Source: Bacteroidia bacterium
GTDB taxonomy: Bacteria; Bacteroidota; Bacteroidia; M30B66
Length of the DNA: 64,000 bases
Direction: 5' to 3'
NCBI GenBank assembly: GCA_965279035.1
Contig: OZ257142.1
Span: forward strand, 160,001 to 224,000
The notes under the pieces are model-generated. The model saw only the letters and a program-made list of their open reading frames with translations, searched no databases and had not been told where the DNA came from. Both the position numbers and the translations under genes were made by a program. Shown one piece after another: positions 39,801 to 50,899 of this stretch (the first letter of the stretch is position 1; every line of letters starts with the position of its first letter).

Positions 39801-40275
39801 GTTTTTTGGCTATGCATTATCAGGAATGACCTTTTCGATTGTTATGACTGGTGTAGGGATTTTTGCCCTTGCAGGAATTGTTATCCGAAACGGGATTTTG
39901 CTTATCGAATTCATTGACGAATTGCGAGCACGCGGTTTAAGTGCAGAAGAAGCTATTGCAGAAGGAGGATCAACACGTATGACTCCTGTAATCCTAACTG
40001 CTTCCGCGGCAATTTTAGGATTGATTCCTTTGGCAATTGGAGTGAACATCGATTTTAATGGCTTGTTTGCGCATTTAGAACCACACTTTTTCTTGGGTGG
40101 TGATAACGTAGCTTTCTGGGGGCCATTAGCTTGGACGATGATTTACGGATTAATCATTGCCACTTTCCTAACACTATTGATTGTTCCGGCCATGTATCTT
40201 CTTTACCTCAAAGTGAAAAAACGTTTTGGTATGGAGAAATCGGGCGAAAAAGCACATGAGGGAACGATATTATAA
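36892..40275 (+). CDS. RND efflux permease (AcrB/AcrD/AcrF family)
   Basis: YPGASPEDIENLIT, GIIVDDAIVVIEN, GIVIRNGILL, RMTPVILT. Confidence 0.95.
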   Translation: MEKEHIKYFKPTNWAINNSTAIYIFTVLISLAGIIIFQRIPKEKFPDIVVPTIFVSTIYPGASPEDIENLITKPIEKEVKSVSGIKKVTSNSIQDFSLVVVEFNTGIDVDVAKQKISNAVDKAKKDLPSDMKSDPGVQEVNFSEFPIMNINVNGEFPLDQLKRYAEDLKDKIETLPEITRVDIIGALTREVQVNVDLYRMQALGISFSDIERAVASENVNISGGEIRIDDLRRTLRVRGEFSQVSQIGNILIRSSRGNLAYLKDIAEVKDGYKDKQDFARLDGKPVITMNVIKRSGENLINAADKIKVIIDEYKATKFPKGLDVTLTGDTSMETKTQLNDLVNTVIIGFVLVVIILMFFMGLQSAFFVGLAVPLSVLVALLFMPSLGFSMNVIVLFSFLLALGIIVDDAIVVIENTHRIFHKYDFDIKTAAKAAAGEVFVPVLAGTLTTIAPFFPLLFWPGIVGDFMGYLPITLILTLFASLFVAFIMNSVFAVTFMKRDEHDHKTSSKELVRPAIIFGGIALLCHAAGMTAVGNVSFLMLALTPLYMYILRPMTVKFQLDIWPRVVAFYKRLIKKVLVGYRPIAMLVGVIILFFISIGVFIASKPKIEFFPNGQPNFAYVYLQMPIGTDAEVTDSVTRIVEKRVFEVIGEHNPNVESVISNVGIGAGDPQNPDRVATPHKGKVSVAFVDFSERKNFSTRECLEAIRENMKGIPGVRITVDKESNGPPTGKPVNIEISGDDFDQLQLIETKMRAAISKAKILGIEDLQSDLQRNKPEIIVTIDPDRALALGMSKAQIAMELRTALFGKEISKFRDADDDAEITLRLSSNYRDKVDDLLNMQIAFMDMSSGMFKQVPVSAVASVKYEKAFSSINRKNQRRVLTLSSNVLTGFTANEIVRSINQIIPSLEVPEGYEVKMTGEQEQQKETSDFLSLAFLGALALMFLILVTQFNSLVKPFIIFSTVVFSLIGVFFGYALSGMTFSIVMTGVGIFALAGIVIRNGILLIEFIDELRARGLSAEEAIAEGGSTRMTPVILTASAAILGLIPLAIGVNIDFNGLFAHLEPHFFLGGDNVAFWGPLAWTMIYGLIIATFLTLLIVPAMYLLYLKVKKRFGMEKSGEKAHEGTIL

Positions 40276-40303
40276 TTCGTTTTTAAACTTCTTTTTGTTC
40301 AAT

Positions 40304-40339
40304 ACAGCACCCTTCGGATTTCCGGGGGTGTTGTTGTTT
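40304..40339 (+). terminator. Probable intrinsic terminator
   Basis: ACAGCACCC...GGGTGTTGT stem followed by a T-rich tail. Confidence 0.6.
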
Positions 40340-40445
40340 CAGGGTATCTGTTAATCTTGTAAAAGATTCTTTCAAAAATCAACAACCATCTGCCCGACAT
40401 TCTGTTATTTTGTCAATCTATATCCACATAAAATATCCATAGAAC

Positions 40446-41048
40446 ATGGCTTTCGAACTTCCAAAACTTTCTTACGAATACGCTGCATTAGAACCCAATA
40501 TCGATGCACGAACAATGGAAATACATCATTCCAAACACCATCAAGCTTATGTAAATAACCTTAACGCAGCCCTTACCGGAACTGCTGAAGAAGGAAAAAG
40601 CTTAGAGCAATTGATGTCGAATATTTCTAAACTTTCACCTGCCGTTCGTAACAATGGTGGTGGACATTACAATCATAGCCTTTTCTGGGAAATCATGGGC
40701 CCTAATGCAGGTGGTACTCCAACAGGAGAACTTGCTGATGCAATTAATATGGCTTTCGGAACATTCGATAAATTCAAAGAAGATTTTGCAAAAGCTGGAG
40801 CAACACGTTTTGGATCTGGATGGGCTTGGTTAGTTAAACATGATGGAAAATTGGTAGTAACTTCAACTCCTAATCAAGATAATCCCTTAATGGATTTGGC
40901 CGATGTGAAAGGTTTCCCAGTTCTTGGATTGGATGTTTGGGAACACGCTTATTATCTTCATTATCAAAACCGTCGCCCTGATTATATTTCCGCTTGGTGG
41001 AATACCGTGAATTGGAATGCGGTTTCGGATCGATTTAAAAAAGGATAA
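40446..41048 (+). CDS. sodA: Fe/Mn superoxide dismutase (Mn-type signature likely)
   Basis: [36 protein letters not shown]. Confidence 0.93.
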   Translation: MAFELPKLSYEYAALEPNIDARTMEIHHSKHHQAYVNNLNAALTGTAEEGKSLEQLMSNISKLSPAVRNNGGGHYNHSLFWEIMGPNAGGTPTGELADAINMAFGTFDKFKEDFAKAGATRFGSGWAWLVKHDGKLVVTSTPNQDNPLMDLADVKGFPVLGLDVWEHAYYLHYQNRRPDYISAWWNTVNWNAVSDRFKKG

Positions 41049-41064
41049 AATTCAGATTCTATTT

Positions 41065-41101
41065 AAACGCCTGGCAGTCTTAATTGTCAGGCGTTTTTTT
41101 T
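41065..41101 (+). terminator. Intrinsic terminator
   Basis: ACGCCTGGCAG...TTGTCAGGCGT followed by a T run. Confidence 0.8.
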
Positions 41102-41169
41102 AATCAATTATTCACTCCATTTCAAAACGGTAATTGAATTTGTCCGTTTATTTGGCAATTAAACTCTTG

Positions 41170-41889
41170 ATGATGAAGTCTTCTATTTATTATTCACTTT
41201 TCGTTCTGTCTAGTCTTTTGTTAAGTGCTTGTACTCCTCAGCCACAATCGTGTATTTCAGTAAATAAAACCAATGCTCAAATTTCCGAGTCGCTTTCATT
41301 TACTAGCTGTGCTGTAGATGCCAAGCGTTTGGTTTGGAATTTTGGAGATGGGTCAGCTGAAGTGGAAGGTGCAAGTGCATCGCATTCTTATTCAGCACCC
41401 GGATATTATCAAGTTGAATTAAAAGCACTTTCTAAAAAAGACAGTAAATGGGATCGAGCAACCATTTTAATCAATGTTTCTCCAGGAAAAACGCGCTACC
41501 TCACTCGATTTCAAATCAACTCCTTTAATATAAACAACCCTTCAGGAGCAACCTGGGATGTTGCGCCCGGAAATTGGCCGGATGTTTTTGTAGAATATGC
41601 TGTTACGGGTAGTGCTTCTAGAAACTCAATCAATCCTCCATTAAACGAACTTCAATTAAATCAATGTCCTGTTTTTTGGGATTTTAGTAGCCAAGCTGGA
41701 AAACCCATTCTGACAAATCAAGATTGGACCATTCAATTATTAGATAATGATGGAACGATATTGCAACCTGCTTCAGAAATAATGACAACTTTTAATGTGA
41801 ATCCAGCAACGGCAGTTCCTTCATCACCGGGAGTTATAACATTAACCAATGCAAATTATCAAATCGAACTGCATTTTATAGAACTTTAA
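41170..41889 (+). CDS. PKD-domain lipoprotein
   Basis: Lipobox LSAC; WNFGDG...SHSYSAPGYYQVEL; start at 41170 or 41173. Confidence 0.8.
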   Translation: MMKSSIYYSLFVLSSLLLSACTPQPQSCISVNKTNAQISESLSFTSCAVDAKRLVWNFGDGSAEVEGASASHSYSAPGYYQVELKALSKKDSKWDRATILINVSPGKTRYLTRFQINSFNINNPSGATWDVAPGNWPDVFVEYAVTGSASRNSINPPLNELQLNQCPVFWDFSSQAGKPILTNQDWTIQLLDNDGTILQPASEIMTTFNVNPATAVPSSPGVITLTNANYQIELHFIEL

Positions 41890-41909
41890 ATTGCTTTCCT
41901 TGTTTTTCC

Positions 41910-41936
41910 AAGCTCCGCAAACAACGGAGCTTTTTT
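41910..41936 (+). terminator. Intrinsic terminator
   Basis: AGCTCCG...CGGAGCT followed by a T run. Confidence 0.7.
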
Positions 41937-41964
41937 GTGTTTAATCCTAGGCTTTATTAATTGA

Positions 41965-41972
41965 TATCTTTG
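41965..41972 (+). promoter_or_regulatory. -7 promoter element for hemL (TATCTTTG)
   Basis: Matches TAnnTTTG, 16 nt before ATG 41989. Confidence 0.6.
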
Positions 41973-41988
41973 ACGCCTTATTTTTAGT

Positions 41989-43278
41989 ATGAATCGTTCG
42001 CGCTCAGCTTTGCTTTTCGAAAAAGCTAAAACCTATTTTCCTGGTGGAGTAAATTCTCCCGTTCGTGCATTTAAATCTGTTGGCGGAACTCCCGTGTTTA
42101 TTAAGAAAGGGGATGGTTGTCGTTTGTGGGATGAAGATGGAAATGAATTCATTGATTTTTGTTTCTCTTGGGGACCAATGATTCTAGGTCACAACAATAG
42201 TAAAATCAGAGAAAAAGTCTGGGAAGCGATTCAAAATGGAACTTCTTTCGGAGCGCCTACAGCCCTAGAAAATGAATTGGCTGAACTCATCTTGAATAAT
42301 AACCGGTTTATTCAAAAAATTCGTTTTGTGAGTTCTGGAACCGAGGCTGTTATGTCGGCTATTCGATTAGCTAGAGGTGTAACTGGAAAAGATAAAATTT
42401 TAAAGTTTGAAGGTTGTTATCATGGTCATGTTGATTCCTTGCTCGTTAAGGCTGGTTCAGGTTTAATCACTTTTGGAAATTCATCATCCGCTGGAGTACC
42501 TAAAGGACTTGTAAACGACACGATTGTTATTCCACTCAATCGCATTGATTTAGTTGAAAAGGCATTTGAAGAATTTAAAGGAGAAATTGCAGCAATTATA
42601 ATTGAACCAATTCCAGCTAACAATGGATTGCTTCAAGTAAGTGCCGACTTCCTTCGATCGCTCCAAATAATAACTAAAAGAAATCAAGCCCTCTTAATCT
42701 TCGACGAAGTGATTTCGGGCTTTCGTGTTGGATTTGAAGGCGCCGCTGGTTTGTACGATATTGCTCCAGACATCATCACTTATGGAAAAATAATTGGTGG
42801 CGGTTTTCCTGTTGGAGCATATGGTGCAAGTGTCGAGATTATGAGCAATGTTTCTCCCGATGGAGCTGTATATCAAGCGGGTACATTATCGGGAAATCCA
42901 GTAGCCATGGCAGGTGGAATTGCAGCGCTTACAGAGTGCTTGAAACCCGGTTTTTATGAGCAACTTGAATTAAAAACAGAACGTTTCACCGATCGGATTT
43001 TAAGTCATACTCAAGCGAAAAAATATCCGTTTCGGATTTTTAGAACTGGATCTATATTCTGGCTTTCATTTGCCAATGAAGACATTCATGCAGCCGAAGA
43101 AATTGATCCCAAAGGCATGGATAAATTCAAAATCCTTCATGCCTATTTATTAGAAAATGGAATCTATTTCGGTCCTTCGGGATATGAAGTTGGGTTTATC
43201 TCCTCCTCTCATAGCGAGCAAGATTTAGAAATTGCCGCAAACAGAATCTGTGAAGGACTCGACCTTGCCTATTCTTAA
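41989..43278 (+). CDS. hemL: Glutamate-1-semialdehyde 2,1-aminomutase
   Basis: PGGVNSPVRAF, SGTEA, FEGCYHGH, FDEV.SGFR, GKIIGGG.PVG, QAGTLSGNP. Confidence 0.96.
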   Translation: MNRSRSALLFEKAKTYFPGGVNSPVRAFKSVGGTPVFIKKGDGCRLWDEDGNEFIDFCFSWGPMILGHNNSKIREKVWEAIQNGTSFGAPTALENELAELILNNNRFIQKIRFVSSGTEAVMSAIRLARGVTGKDKILKFEGCYHGHVDSLLVKAGSGLITFGNSSSAGVPKGLVNDTIVIPLNRIDLVEKAFEEFKGEIAAIIIEPIPANNGLLQVSADFLRSLQIITKRNQALLIFDEVISGFRVGFEGAAGLYDIAPDIITYGKIIGGGFPVGAYGASVEIMSNVSPDGAVYQAGTLSGNPVAMAGGIAALTECLKPGFYEQLELKTERFTDRILSHTQAKKYPFRIFRTGSIFWLSFANEDIHAAEEIDPKGMDKFKILHAYLLENGIYFGPSGYEVGFISSSHSEQDLEIAANRICEGLDLAYS

Positions 43279-43283
43279 GGAGC

Positions 43284-44168
43284 TTAAAACAAGTTTCCTA
43301 AAAACAGTATCCAGAAAAGTTGATCCACCATGGTTCCATCGAGCCATCCAGGATAATACATTTCAGGAGCATTTATCTCGGCTTTAGAGATAAGTAATCC
43401 TGTTGATGAACAACTAATGATTAGCGCCAAGGTTTGTCCTCCGGTATAATAGTCTAATTGAAAGCTCAATAAAGCAATAGCAGCATTGAAAACTAAGATG
43501 CTTCGGCTAAGTGTTTTCAATTTAGAAATTCCTAGCCAAGAAGCGAACGTCTTTAATCCATGTTCTTGATCATAGGCTAAATCACGAATGTCGAATGGAA
43601 GCGTGATGGCAAAAATGAACAGAAATCGTTGAAGCACTGTTAACCACACTGATTGATCTGGAAACCATGCTGAATTAATACATAAAAAGGGTAAAAAAAC
43701 AGTAACGAATGCCCATACAGCTGCTACTAAAACAATTTTTAAATAGGGAATATCTCGAAATCGGTACCAAGTATTTCCCCTTTTCCAAAGTGGAATTACG
43801 TAAAGTAGCGCAATGAATAAAAACGGACTTGCCCGTAAAAAAAGCTGTTCTGTTAGAAATGGAAGAAAAGAAAAGATTGAGAGCGCACATCCCGAAATTG
43901 CTAAAAGACGCAGTTGAAGATGGTGTTCCAAAATCCACTGTTGGCGTTCGGAAATCTGACTTTTATAAATTGCTTTCTTTCGAAAAAGACGATGGTAATT
44001 ATAAATGAACAAGGTTGCTCCTGCAATTCCAGCAAATATTCTTGGTGAAAATGGAATTTGATGAAGACAGGTTGTTACCCAGTACAAACTCGCTGCACAG
44101 AGCGATATCCATATGTTTCCAAAAACAACAAACCGGATGATTTTCGATAGCCAACCCGGAATTTGCAT
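43284..44168 (-). CDS. UbiA-like prenyltransferase-family membrane protein
   Basis: Multiple TM helices; RDIPYLKI and PFDIRDLAYD...GLKT motifs. Confidence 0.7.
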   Translation of the reverse strand: MQIPGWLSKIIRFVVFGNIWISLCAASLYWVTTCLHQIPFSPRIFAGIAGATLFIYNYHRLFRKKAIYKSQISERQQWILEHHLQLRLLAISGCALSIFSFLPFLTEQLFLRASPFLFIALLYVIPLWKRGNTWYRFRDIPYLKIVLVAAVWAFVTVFLPFLCINSAWFPDQSVWLTVLQRFLFIFAITLPFDIRDLAYDQEHGLKTFASWLGISKLKTLSRSILVFNAAIALLSFQLDYYTGGQTLALIISCSSTGLLISKAEINAPEMYYPGWLDGTMVDQLFWILFLGNLF

Positions 44169-44170
44169 GG

Positions 44171-44788
44171 TTAATTTAAAACCAATGTTAGCGTAACTGT
44201 ACCTAAAATAAATCCTGCCATTGAGCCAGCAAAACTTCGACGTGTTACCATACGTTTTGCCGTTGTTCCAAATCCCTCTTTATAATACTCATTACTTAGA
44301 TAGACTGGATTATAGCCATTCTTTTGTGTGAATTTGGGGAGTTGATATCCTTTCCAGCTAGTATAGGCGATAACGAAAAGTGGACTGTAAGGAAAGCCTG
44401 CTGCCGAACCTCCAAAACCAAAAAGCACTCCTCCTCCACCCGCTTTGGTTGCCTGATTCCTATATCCTTTGCGAGCATCTTGTTGTCCTAAAATGTAAAA
44501 GGACATTTGTTCTGCCGTATACCAATTGTTTTCAAGTGTGTCTTGTACATAAACTACTTGCTCTGGTTTTCCAGGAGAACGAACAGAAAATACTTTGTCA
44601 ATCTCTATTTTCTTTTCACGATTTCTTCCTACTTTCTTGAAATAAACCATTTCTCCTTCAACACGAAAAGAACTAATCAATTTTGAAGGTCTGTCTATCA
44701 ATATTAGCGTATCCTGAGCTAATAATTTAGAACTTGGAAAAACCAAACTGAGCAGGATCAAACAGAACAACTGAACCGAATGTTTCAT
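44171..44788 (-). CDS. Hypothetical exported/membrane protein
   Basis: Signal peptide, QDTLIL start of the mature protein, C-terminal Gly-rich hydrophobic helices; -7 element at 44806-44813. Confidence 0.7.
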   Translation of the reverse strand: MKHSVQLFCLILLSLVFPSSKLLAQDTLILIDRPSKLISSFRVEGEMVYFKKVGRNREKKIEIDKVFSVRSPGKPEQVVYVQDTLENNWYTAEQMSFYILGQQDARKGYRNQATKAGGGGVLFGFGGSAAGFPYSPLFVIAYTSWKGYQLPKFTQKNGYNPVYLSNEYYKEGFGTTAKRMVTRRSFAGSMAGFILGTVTLTLVLN

Positions 44789-44939
44789 AGGATTATTTAG
44801 AACTTCAAACCTAAAGTATTTTATTGCTCATCCAAACAACATTTTGGATGGATTACAACTCTTTGCTGGTTCAAATGTTTGTATTTTCGCGTGCCATTTC
44901 GGCAACCTGAATTACAAACTGCTAAACGGAAAATTATTC

Positions 44940-47822
44940 ATGATTCGTGATTTTGAATCCCGTCATATCGGGCCTAATGCTGCCGAAACGGCACATATGC
45001 TTCAAGCTATCGGTGTAAACAGCTTGGATGAACTCATCGATAATACGGTGCCTTCCTCTATACGCCGAACTGATACAATGAACATTTCTCCGGCTTTGTC
45101 GGAATACGAATATTTACAGCACATACGTACACTTGGTGCAAAAAATAAAGTTTTCAAAACGTATATTGGATTAGGTTATTACAATGTAATCACCCCTTCC
45201 GTTATTCAACGAACTATTTTTGAAAACCCAGGCTGGTACACAGCTTATACTCCTTATCAAGCCGAAATTGCTCAAGGTCGATTAGAAGCACTGTTGAATT
45301 TCCAAACTATGGTGATGGATTTAACAGGAATGAAGCTAGCCAATGCTTCTCTATTAGACGAAGCTACGGCTGCAGCAGAAGCTATGCACATGTTTTATTC
45401 GATGCGAAATCGTGATCAAGTGAAAGCGAATGCCAATATTTTGTTCGTTTCTGATCAGTGCTTTCCTCAAACTATTGAACTGCTAAAAACACGGTCTGCT
45501 CCTATCGGAATTGAACTTCAAATTGGAAATCATGCCGAATTGGTTTGGAATAATCAGATTTTCGGTGCTGTATTACAATATCCAAATGCAAGTGGAGAAA
45601 TTCACGATTACAGTGCATTTACTGCAGAAGCCAAAAAACACAATGCCTATGTGTGTGCTTGTGCCGATTTAATGAGTTTAGTGCTATTAACTCCTCCTGG
45701 AGAATGGGGTGCTGATTGTGTAGTTGGTTCAACTCAACGCTTTGGTGTTCCAATGGGTTATGGTGGTCCACATGCCGCCTATTTCGCTACACACGAAGAT
45801 TTTAAACGAAATATACCAGGACGTATTATTGGTGTTTCGGTCGATTCACATGGAAATCCTGCGCTCCGTATGGCGCTACAAACACGTGAACAGCATATCA
45901 AACGCGATAAAGCCACCTCGAATATTTGTACAGCTCAAGCTTTATTGGCAATCATGGCTTCGATGTATGCTGTATATCATGGTCCTGATGGATTAAAACG
46001 CATTGCGAATAAAATTCATTCTGCTACAAGGCATCTTTCCAATCGACTAACAAGTCTTGGTTTTGAGGTAAAAACAAATCAGTATTTCGATACAATTCGT
46101 GTTGGTTTAAACGAATTATGTTCTCAAGAACTTTTGAATAAACGAGCCATTCAACGAGAAATCAATCTTCGTTACGAAGAAAATGGCGACGTTACTTTAA
46201 CGCTCGATGAAACTACTTCTCAATCGGATGTCAAAGCGCTTTTGGATCTCTTTGCAGGTGCAGCAGGGAAAGAATCTGGGAATATTGATGCGATTTCTTT
46301 TGTCCCATTTTGGGATCATTTTTCACGCAGTTCAGAAATTCTAAAAGACCGCGTTTTTAATAGTTATCATTCTGAAACAGAGATGATGCGTTATATTAAA
46401 AAACTCGAAAACAAAGATTTGGCATTAAATCATTCGATGATTTCTCTTGGTTCATGCACCATGAAACTCAATGCCGCTTCTGAATTAATTCCATTAAGCT
46501 TTCCAGAATTTGCCAATCTGCATCCCTTTATTCCTGTTGATCAAGCCGAAGGCTATCAAGAACTTTTCCGTGAGTTAAGCAGCGATCTATGTCAAGCTAC
46601 TGGTTTTGCAGCTGTTTCTTTGCAACCAAATTCTGGTGCTCAAGGCGAATATGCAGGATTGATGGCTATTCGTGCGTATCATCTAAGTCGTGGTGATAGT
46701 CATCGTGATATAGCACTAATTCCTTCTTCAGCTCATGGTACTAATCCTGCATCGGCTGTTATGGCTGGTATGGAAGTAATTGTTGTAAAATGCGATGAAA
46801 ATGGAAATGTGGATATCACTGATTTAAAATCCAAAGCAATCCAATATAGCAATCGACTATCAGCTTTGATGGTAACCTATCCTTCAACTCATGGCGTTTT
46901 TGAAGAAGGCATCCGTGAAATTACTAGCATTATTCACGAAAATGGCGGCTTAGTTTATATGGATGGTGCTAATATGAATGCTCAAGTTGGCCTAACAAGT
47001 CCTGGTACGATTGGAGCAGATGTTTGTCACCTCAACTTACATAAAACCTTTGCAATTCCGCATGGTGGAGGCGGTCCAGGAGTTGGCCCTATTGGCGTAA
47101 ATGAGAAATTAGCACCTTTCCTTCCAGGGCATTCTTTAATTAAAACTGGGGGCAACAAAGCAATTACCGCTATTTCGGCTAGCCCATTTGGAAGTTCGTT
47201 GATATTACTAGTTTCCTATGCGTATATCAAAATGCTTGGACCTGATGGTTTAACAAATGCCACTCGGTATGCGATTCTCAATGCCAATTACCTAAAATCA
47301 AAATTAGAAGCTCATTATCCGGTTCTCTACAAAGGAAGTCATGGATGTGTTGCTCATGAAATGATATTGGATTGTCGGGAGTTCAAACGTACCAGCCATG
47401 TAGAAGTTGGTGATATAGCGAAACGTTTGATGGACTATGGTTATCATGCTCCAACGATATCTTTCCCAGTACCAGGAACAATCATGATTGAACCTACTGA
47501 AAGCGAAGGACTTGCCGAATTGAATCAGTTTGCAGAAGCGATGATTTCGATTCGTAAAGAAATAGCTGAAATTGAATCAGGTAGTGCTGATGCCGAAAAC
47601 AATGTGATTGTTAATGCTCCTCATACTGCAACATCGGTAATAAGTGATTCATGGAGCAAACCATATAGCCGTGAAAAAGCAGCTTATCCATTGAAATGGG
47701 TTGCTGAAAACAAATTCTGGCCAAGTGTTGGAAAAGTAGACAATGCTTATGGCGATAGAAATCTTGTTTGTAGTTGTACTCCAATTGAAGCATATGCTCA
47801 ATCGACGCTCGCGGTAGAATAA
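44940..47822 (+). CDS. gcvP: Glycine dehydrogenase (decarboxylating), glycine cleavage P protein
   Basis: [53 protein letters not shown]; start ATG 44940. Confidence 0.97.
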   Translation: MIRDFESRHIGPNAAETAHMLQAIGVNSLDELIDNTVPSSIRRTDTMNISPALSEYEYLQHIRTLGAKNKVFKTYIGLGYYNVITPSVIQRTIFENPGWYTAYTPYQAEIAQGRLEALLNFQTMVMDLTGMKLANASLLDEATAAAEAMHMFYSMRNRDQVKANANILFVSDQCFPQTIELLKTRSAPIGIELQIGNHAELVWNNQIFGAVLQYPNASGEIHDYSAFTAEAKKHNAYVCACADLMSLVLLTPPGEWGADCVVGSTQRFGVPMGYGGPHAAYFATHEDFKRNIPGRIIGVSVDSHGNPALRMALQTREQHIKRDKATSNICTAQALLAIMASMYAVYHGPDGLKRIANKIHSATRHLSNRLTSLGFEVKTNQYFDTIRVGLNELCSQELLNKRAIQREINLRYEENGDVTLTLDETTSQSDVKALLDLFAGAAGKESGNIDAISFVPFWDHFSRSSEILKDRVFNSYHSETEMMRYIKKLENKDLALNHSMISLGSCTMKLNAASELIPLSFPEFANLHPFIPVDQAEGYQELFRELSSDLCQATGFAAVSLQPNSGAQGEYAGLMAIRAYHLSRGDSHRDIALIPSSAHGTNPASAVMAGMEVIVVKCDENGNVDITDLKSKAIQYSNRLSALMVTYPSTHGVFEEGIREITSIIHENGGLVYMDGANMNAQVGLTSPGTIGADVCHLNLHKTFAIPHGGGGPGVGPIGVNEKLAPFLPGHSLIKTGGNKAITAISASPFGSSLILLVSYAYIKMLGPDGLTNATRYAILNANYLKSKLEAHYPVLYKGSHGCVAHEMILDCREFKRTSHVEVGDIAKRLMDYGYHAPTISFPVPGTIMIEPTESEGLAELNQFAEAMISIRKEIAEIESGSADAENNVIVNAPHTATSVISDSWSKPYSREKAAYPLKWVAENKFWPSVGKVDNAYGDRNLVCSCTPIEAYAQSTLAVE

Positions 47823-47918
47823 TACAATACCAATTCAATTTATAACTCGGTTGTATATCAAGCGATAAGCGGGTTTTTTTGTTCTAATAAAGAAATTGGG
47901 ATTTGAACATATTAATTC

Positions 47919-47926
47919 TATTTTTG
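47919..47926 (+). promoter_or_regulatory. -7 promoter element (TATTTTTG)
   Basis: Matches TAnnTTTG upstream of ATG 48005. Confidence 0.5.
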
Positions 47927-48004
47927 CCCTCTGTCTTATAACCTCAAAAAAAGGGTCTTAAGATTTTTGCCAAGGATTCACAATCAACACATAAACAACC
48001 ACAC

Positions 48005-49828
48005 ATGAACTCTAAACTTTTACTTGCCATGTTCTTGGGTGCGTCTGCTACGCTGAGCGCTCAAAATGCTAGTACGCAGTCTGTACGAGCGAACACAACC
48101 AAAAAGAACTCGTATGTTCACCAACATGCAGCTCATTCTTCAAATTCATCTACAAACAGAGTTGACATTTGGTCTAACGACTTTTCAAACGCTGCAGATT
48201 GGGTAATCTCTAATGAAGTAGGAAATTCTAGTAACTGGAGTATCGGGACAACTGCTCCAAACGGGTCTTTCCCTATTACAGCCATTGCTTCAACATCAGC
48301 GGCTAATGGTTTTGCCCTTTTCGATTCTGATCTAGATTGTTCACACAATCAAATTGCTGATTTGACAACAGCAAATTCAATTGACTGTTCAGCTTTCCCA
48401 GCTGTAGTTCTTGAATTCCAACAACAATATCGTCGTTTTGATGATTCTACCTTTGTTTTTGTATCGAATGATGGTGGTACAAACTGGGTGAAATACACAG
48501 TAAACGGTTCATTAACAAACAACGATGCAACTGCAACTAATCCTGATATTGCAAAAGTAAATATCACACCAACAGCTGGAGGACAAGCAAACGTTAAAGT
48601 TCGTTTCCAGTTTTGGAGTCCTGCTACTTATACAACAGGAATTGCAGGAGCGCCTGGTTGTGCTTATGCTTGGATGATAGATGATGTTAAATTAGCTACT
48701 CCTCCAGATTATGAGTTAATGGTAAACACAGTATACCATGGTGATCCATACGATCATTTTGAATATGGTACTTATCCATTGCTTCAAGTTGATACAGTTC
48801 GCGTAGTTGCAATTGTTCGTAACGAAGGAGCTCTTGCTCAACAAGCTACAGTGAATTATACTGTAACTCGTGGAGCAACTACAGTAAATAGTGGCTCATC
48901 TGCTTCATTTGTAATTCAACCATTTACAAATGATACAGTTATCGTAAGTACTGCTTATGTTCCAGATGCTGTAGGTAACTATTCTGTTGCTGCAACAGTT
49001 TCATCTGCAAATACTGATTTTGATCCTTCCAACAATGCTGGTTCTTCTGACTTCGTAGTATCTCAATACATTTATTCAGGTCTTACTAGCTTAACAGGTG
49101 TTTCTGCATTAACTTTCTCAGGTGCTGGTCCTACTATTTTTGATGCAAGTAAAATTGCTCATCAATATTTGATGATTAATGATGCTCCTTGTAAAGCGAT
49201 TGATATTGCAGTTTCATCACTTTCTGATGACATCAGCTTAATTATTGAACTTTTTGATGCTGCTGATCTTAACGTAGCTCTTTCTGTAGGTGATTTTAGT
49301 ATCACTTCAACTCATCCTACAACAGCTCAATACTTTACCATTCTTTTAGATGAACAAAATTTAACTGCTGGTAATGTTTATGTTGCTTCTGTTGGATCTG
49401 AAGCAACTGATAAGAAATTTGATTTCTATGGTATTGATGGTGACCCTGATGATGCAACACTTGTTAATGTACCTGATGATAATGGAGTATTAACTTGGTT
49501 CCGTACTGACCTTACTCCTGCTGTAAACCTTAACTTCAATCCATCTGTTGGCATTGCTGATGTTAATGCTTCTCCAGTAAGTGTTAATGTTTATCCAAAT
49601 CCAGCTAATGATCAAATTTCTTGGAACGTTAAACTTCAGAATTCTACTTCTATGAATATCAGTTTAATTGATATTAATGGTAAAGTTGTATTCAACAAAA
49701 CTGTAAAAGGAAAAGTTGCTTCTTATTCTGATACATTGAATGTTTCTGAATTTGCAAATGGAGTTTATACACTTCAAGTTAAATCAAACGAAACAACAAA
49801 CTCTCAGAAAATAGTGATTGCTCACTAA
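48005..49828 (+). CDS. T9SS type A secreted protein (MAM/cleaved-adhesin-like plus Ig/CARDB-like regions)
   Basis: Signal peptide; VSNDGGTNW, VRFQF...WMIDDV; NNA.S Ig-like end; VYPNPA...GVYTLQV CTD. Confidence 0.82.
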   Translation: MNSKLLLAMFLGASATLSAQNASTQSVRANTTKKNSYVHQHAAHSSNSSTNRVDIWSNDFSNAADWVISNEVGNSSNWSIGTTAPNGSFPITAIASTSAANGFALFDSDLDCSHNQIADLTTANSIDCSAFPAVVLEFQQQYRRFDDSTFVFVSNDGGTNWVKYTVNGSLTNNDATATNPDIAKVNITPTAGGQANVKVRFQFWSPATYTTGIAGAPGCAYAWMIDDVKLATPPDYELMVNTVYHGDPYDHFEYGTYPLLQVDTVRVVAIVRNEGALAQQATVNYTVTRGATTVNSGSSASFVIQPFTNDTVIVSTAYVPDAVGNYSVAATVSSANTDFDPSNNAGSSDFVVSQYIYSGLTSLTGVSALTFSGAGPTIFDASKIAHQYLMINDAPCKAIDIAVSSLSDDISLIIELFDAADLNVALSVGDFSITSTHPTTAQYFTILLDEQNLTAGNVYVASVGSEATDKKFDFYGIDGDPDDATLVNVPDDNGVLTWFRTDLTPAVNLNFNPSVGIADVNASPVSVNVYPNPANDQISWNVKLQNSTSMNISLIDINGKVVFNKTVKGKVASYSDTLNVSEFANGVYTLQVKSNETTNSQKIVIAH

Positions 49829-49847
49829 TTTTTTCTAAGAAAAATTT

Positions 49848-49881
49848 AAAACCCCTTAAGTTTGCGCTTAAGGGGTTTTTT
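49848..49881 (+). terminator. Intrinsic terminator
   Basis: ACCCCTTAAG...CTTAAGGGGT followed by a T run. Confidence 0.85.
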
Positions 49882-49898
49882 AATTTATCCTTCTATAC

Positions 49899-50819
49899 AT
49901 GCGCTTTCTGATTTTTGTTTTTTCTTCTGTTTTGTTTTGTAGCTCAATGCTTGCCCAAACAGCTACTGATACAATCAACGATTTTTTCCAAGTTAATGGT
50001 GCAACGCTTATTGAAAGTCCCAATGGAGGTTATGTTTCTGGCACGAATGGGTATAAAGACTCAGAAAAACTTCAAGCGTTTTTTCCTTATAAATCATATA
50101 GTATTCTAGGTGCATTTGTATGGACTGGAAAAAAGGTTTTTAATTCTGCAAATTCTAATTCGAGGATTTGTTTGAAAGTAAAAAACTTCGATACTACAAC
50201 CGTAAGCACTTTTCCATTCATGAAAGGAATTGGCTCAACCATAGATTCGGCTTGGTATGCTTTATCCGAAAGTAATCCTGTGCTTTCGTTTGATGCAGGT
50301 TTAAAATATTATCCTTTTTCATCCCCAATTCTTATTAATAGTTTCTATGCTTTGGGAATTTCTTTCGATAGTCTTGCACAAGATTCAGAAGGAAATTTAC
50401 TCGATAGTATTGCCATTTTCAGTTCTGCAATGGATAGTGTTTCATTTCCTAATATGAGCTGGGAAAAATGGAACGGGAACTACAAACGAATTGCAGATAC
50501 CTGGGGCTTTGATATTGATTTGGCTTTATTTCCAGTAATTGATTCTACGCTTAACTTCAATGAAAAAATAATGAGCCAAGAAATAGCTGTATATCCTAAT
50601 CCGGCGAATCAAACACTTTCTTTTTCAATACCAAGCAATCAAAAAAATCTTGTCTTATCTGTCTATTCAATGGATGGAAAACTTGTAATAAATAAAAATT
50701 GTTTCGACTTACTTTCAACTCAAACAATTGATACAACACCTTTTACAAATGGAATCTATTTTCTCCGAATTCAGAATGAACATTGGATTGGATTAGCACC
50801 ATTTACTATTTCTCATTAA
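49899..50819 (+). CDS. T9SS type A secreted protein of unknown function
   Basis: Signal peptide; GYVSGTN motif; VYPNPA...GIYFLRI CTD. Confidence 0.8.
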   Translation: MRFLIFVFSSVLFCSSMLAQTATDTINDFFQVNGATLIESPNGGYVSGTNGYKDSEKLQAFFPYKSYSILGAFVWTGKKVFNSANSNSRICLKVKNFDTTTVSTFPFMKGIGSTIDSAWYALSESNPVLSFDAGLKYYPFSSPILINSFYALGISFDSLAQDSEGNLLDSIAIFSSAMDSVSFPNMSWEKWNGNYKRIADTWGFDIDLALFPVIDSTLNFNEKIMSQEIAVYPNPANQTLSFSIPSNQKNLVLSVYSMDGKLVINKNCFDLLSTQTIDTTPFTNGIYFLRIQNEHWIGLAPFTISH

Positions 50820-50899
50820 ATTTTTTTCATTGTATTTTTATAATTGAATATTTCAATAACTTGTTGTTCTCTATTTTTTAATGCAAGAACCCAATTTTC

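Noticed and set aside
44789-44939. Glycine riboswitch upstream of gcvP
   Set aside because: The short divergent intergenic region has no recognisable aptamer motifs.
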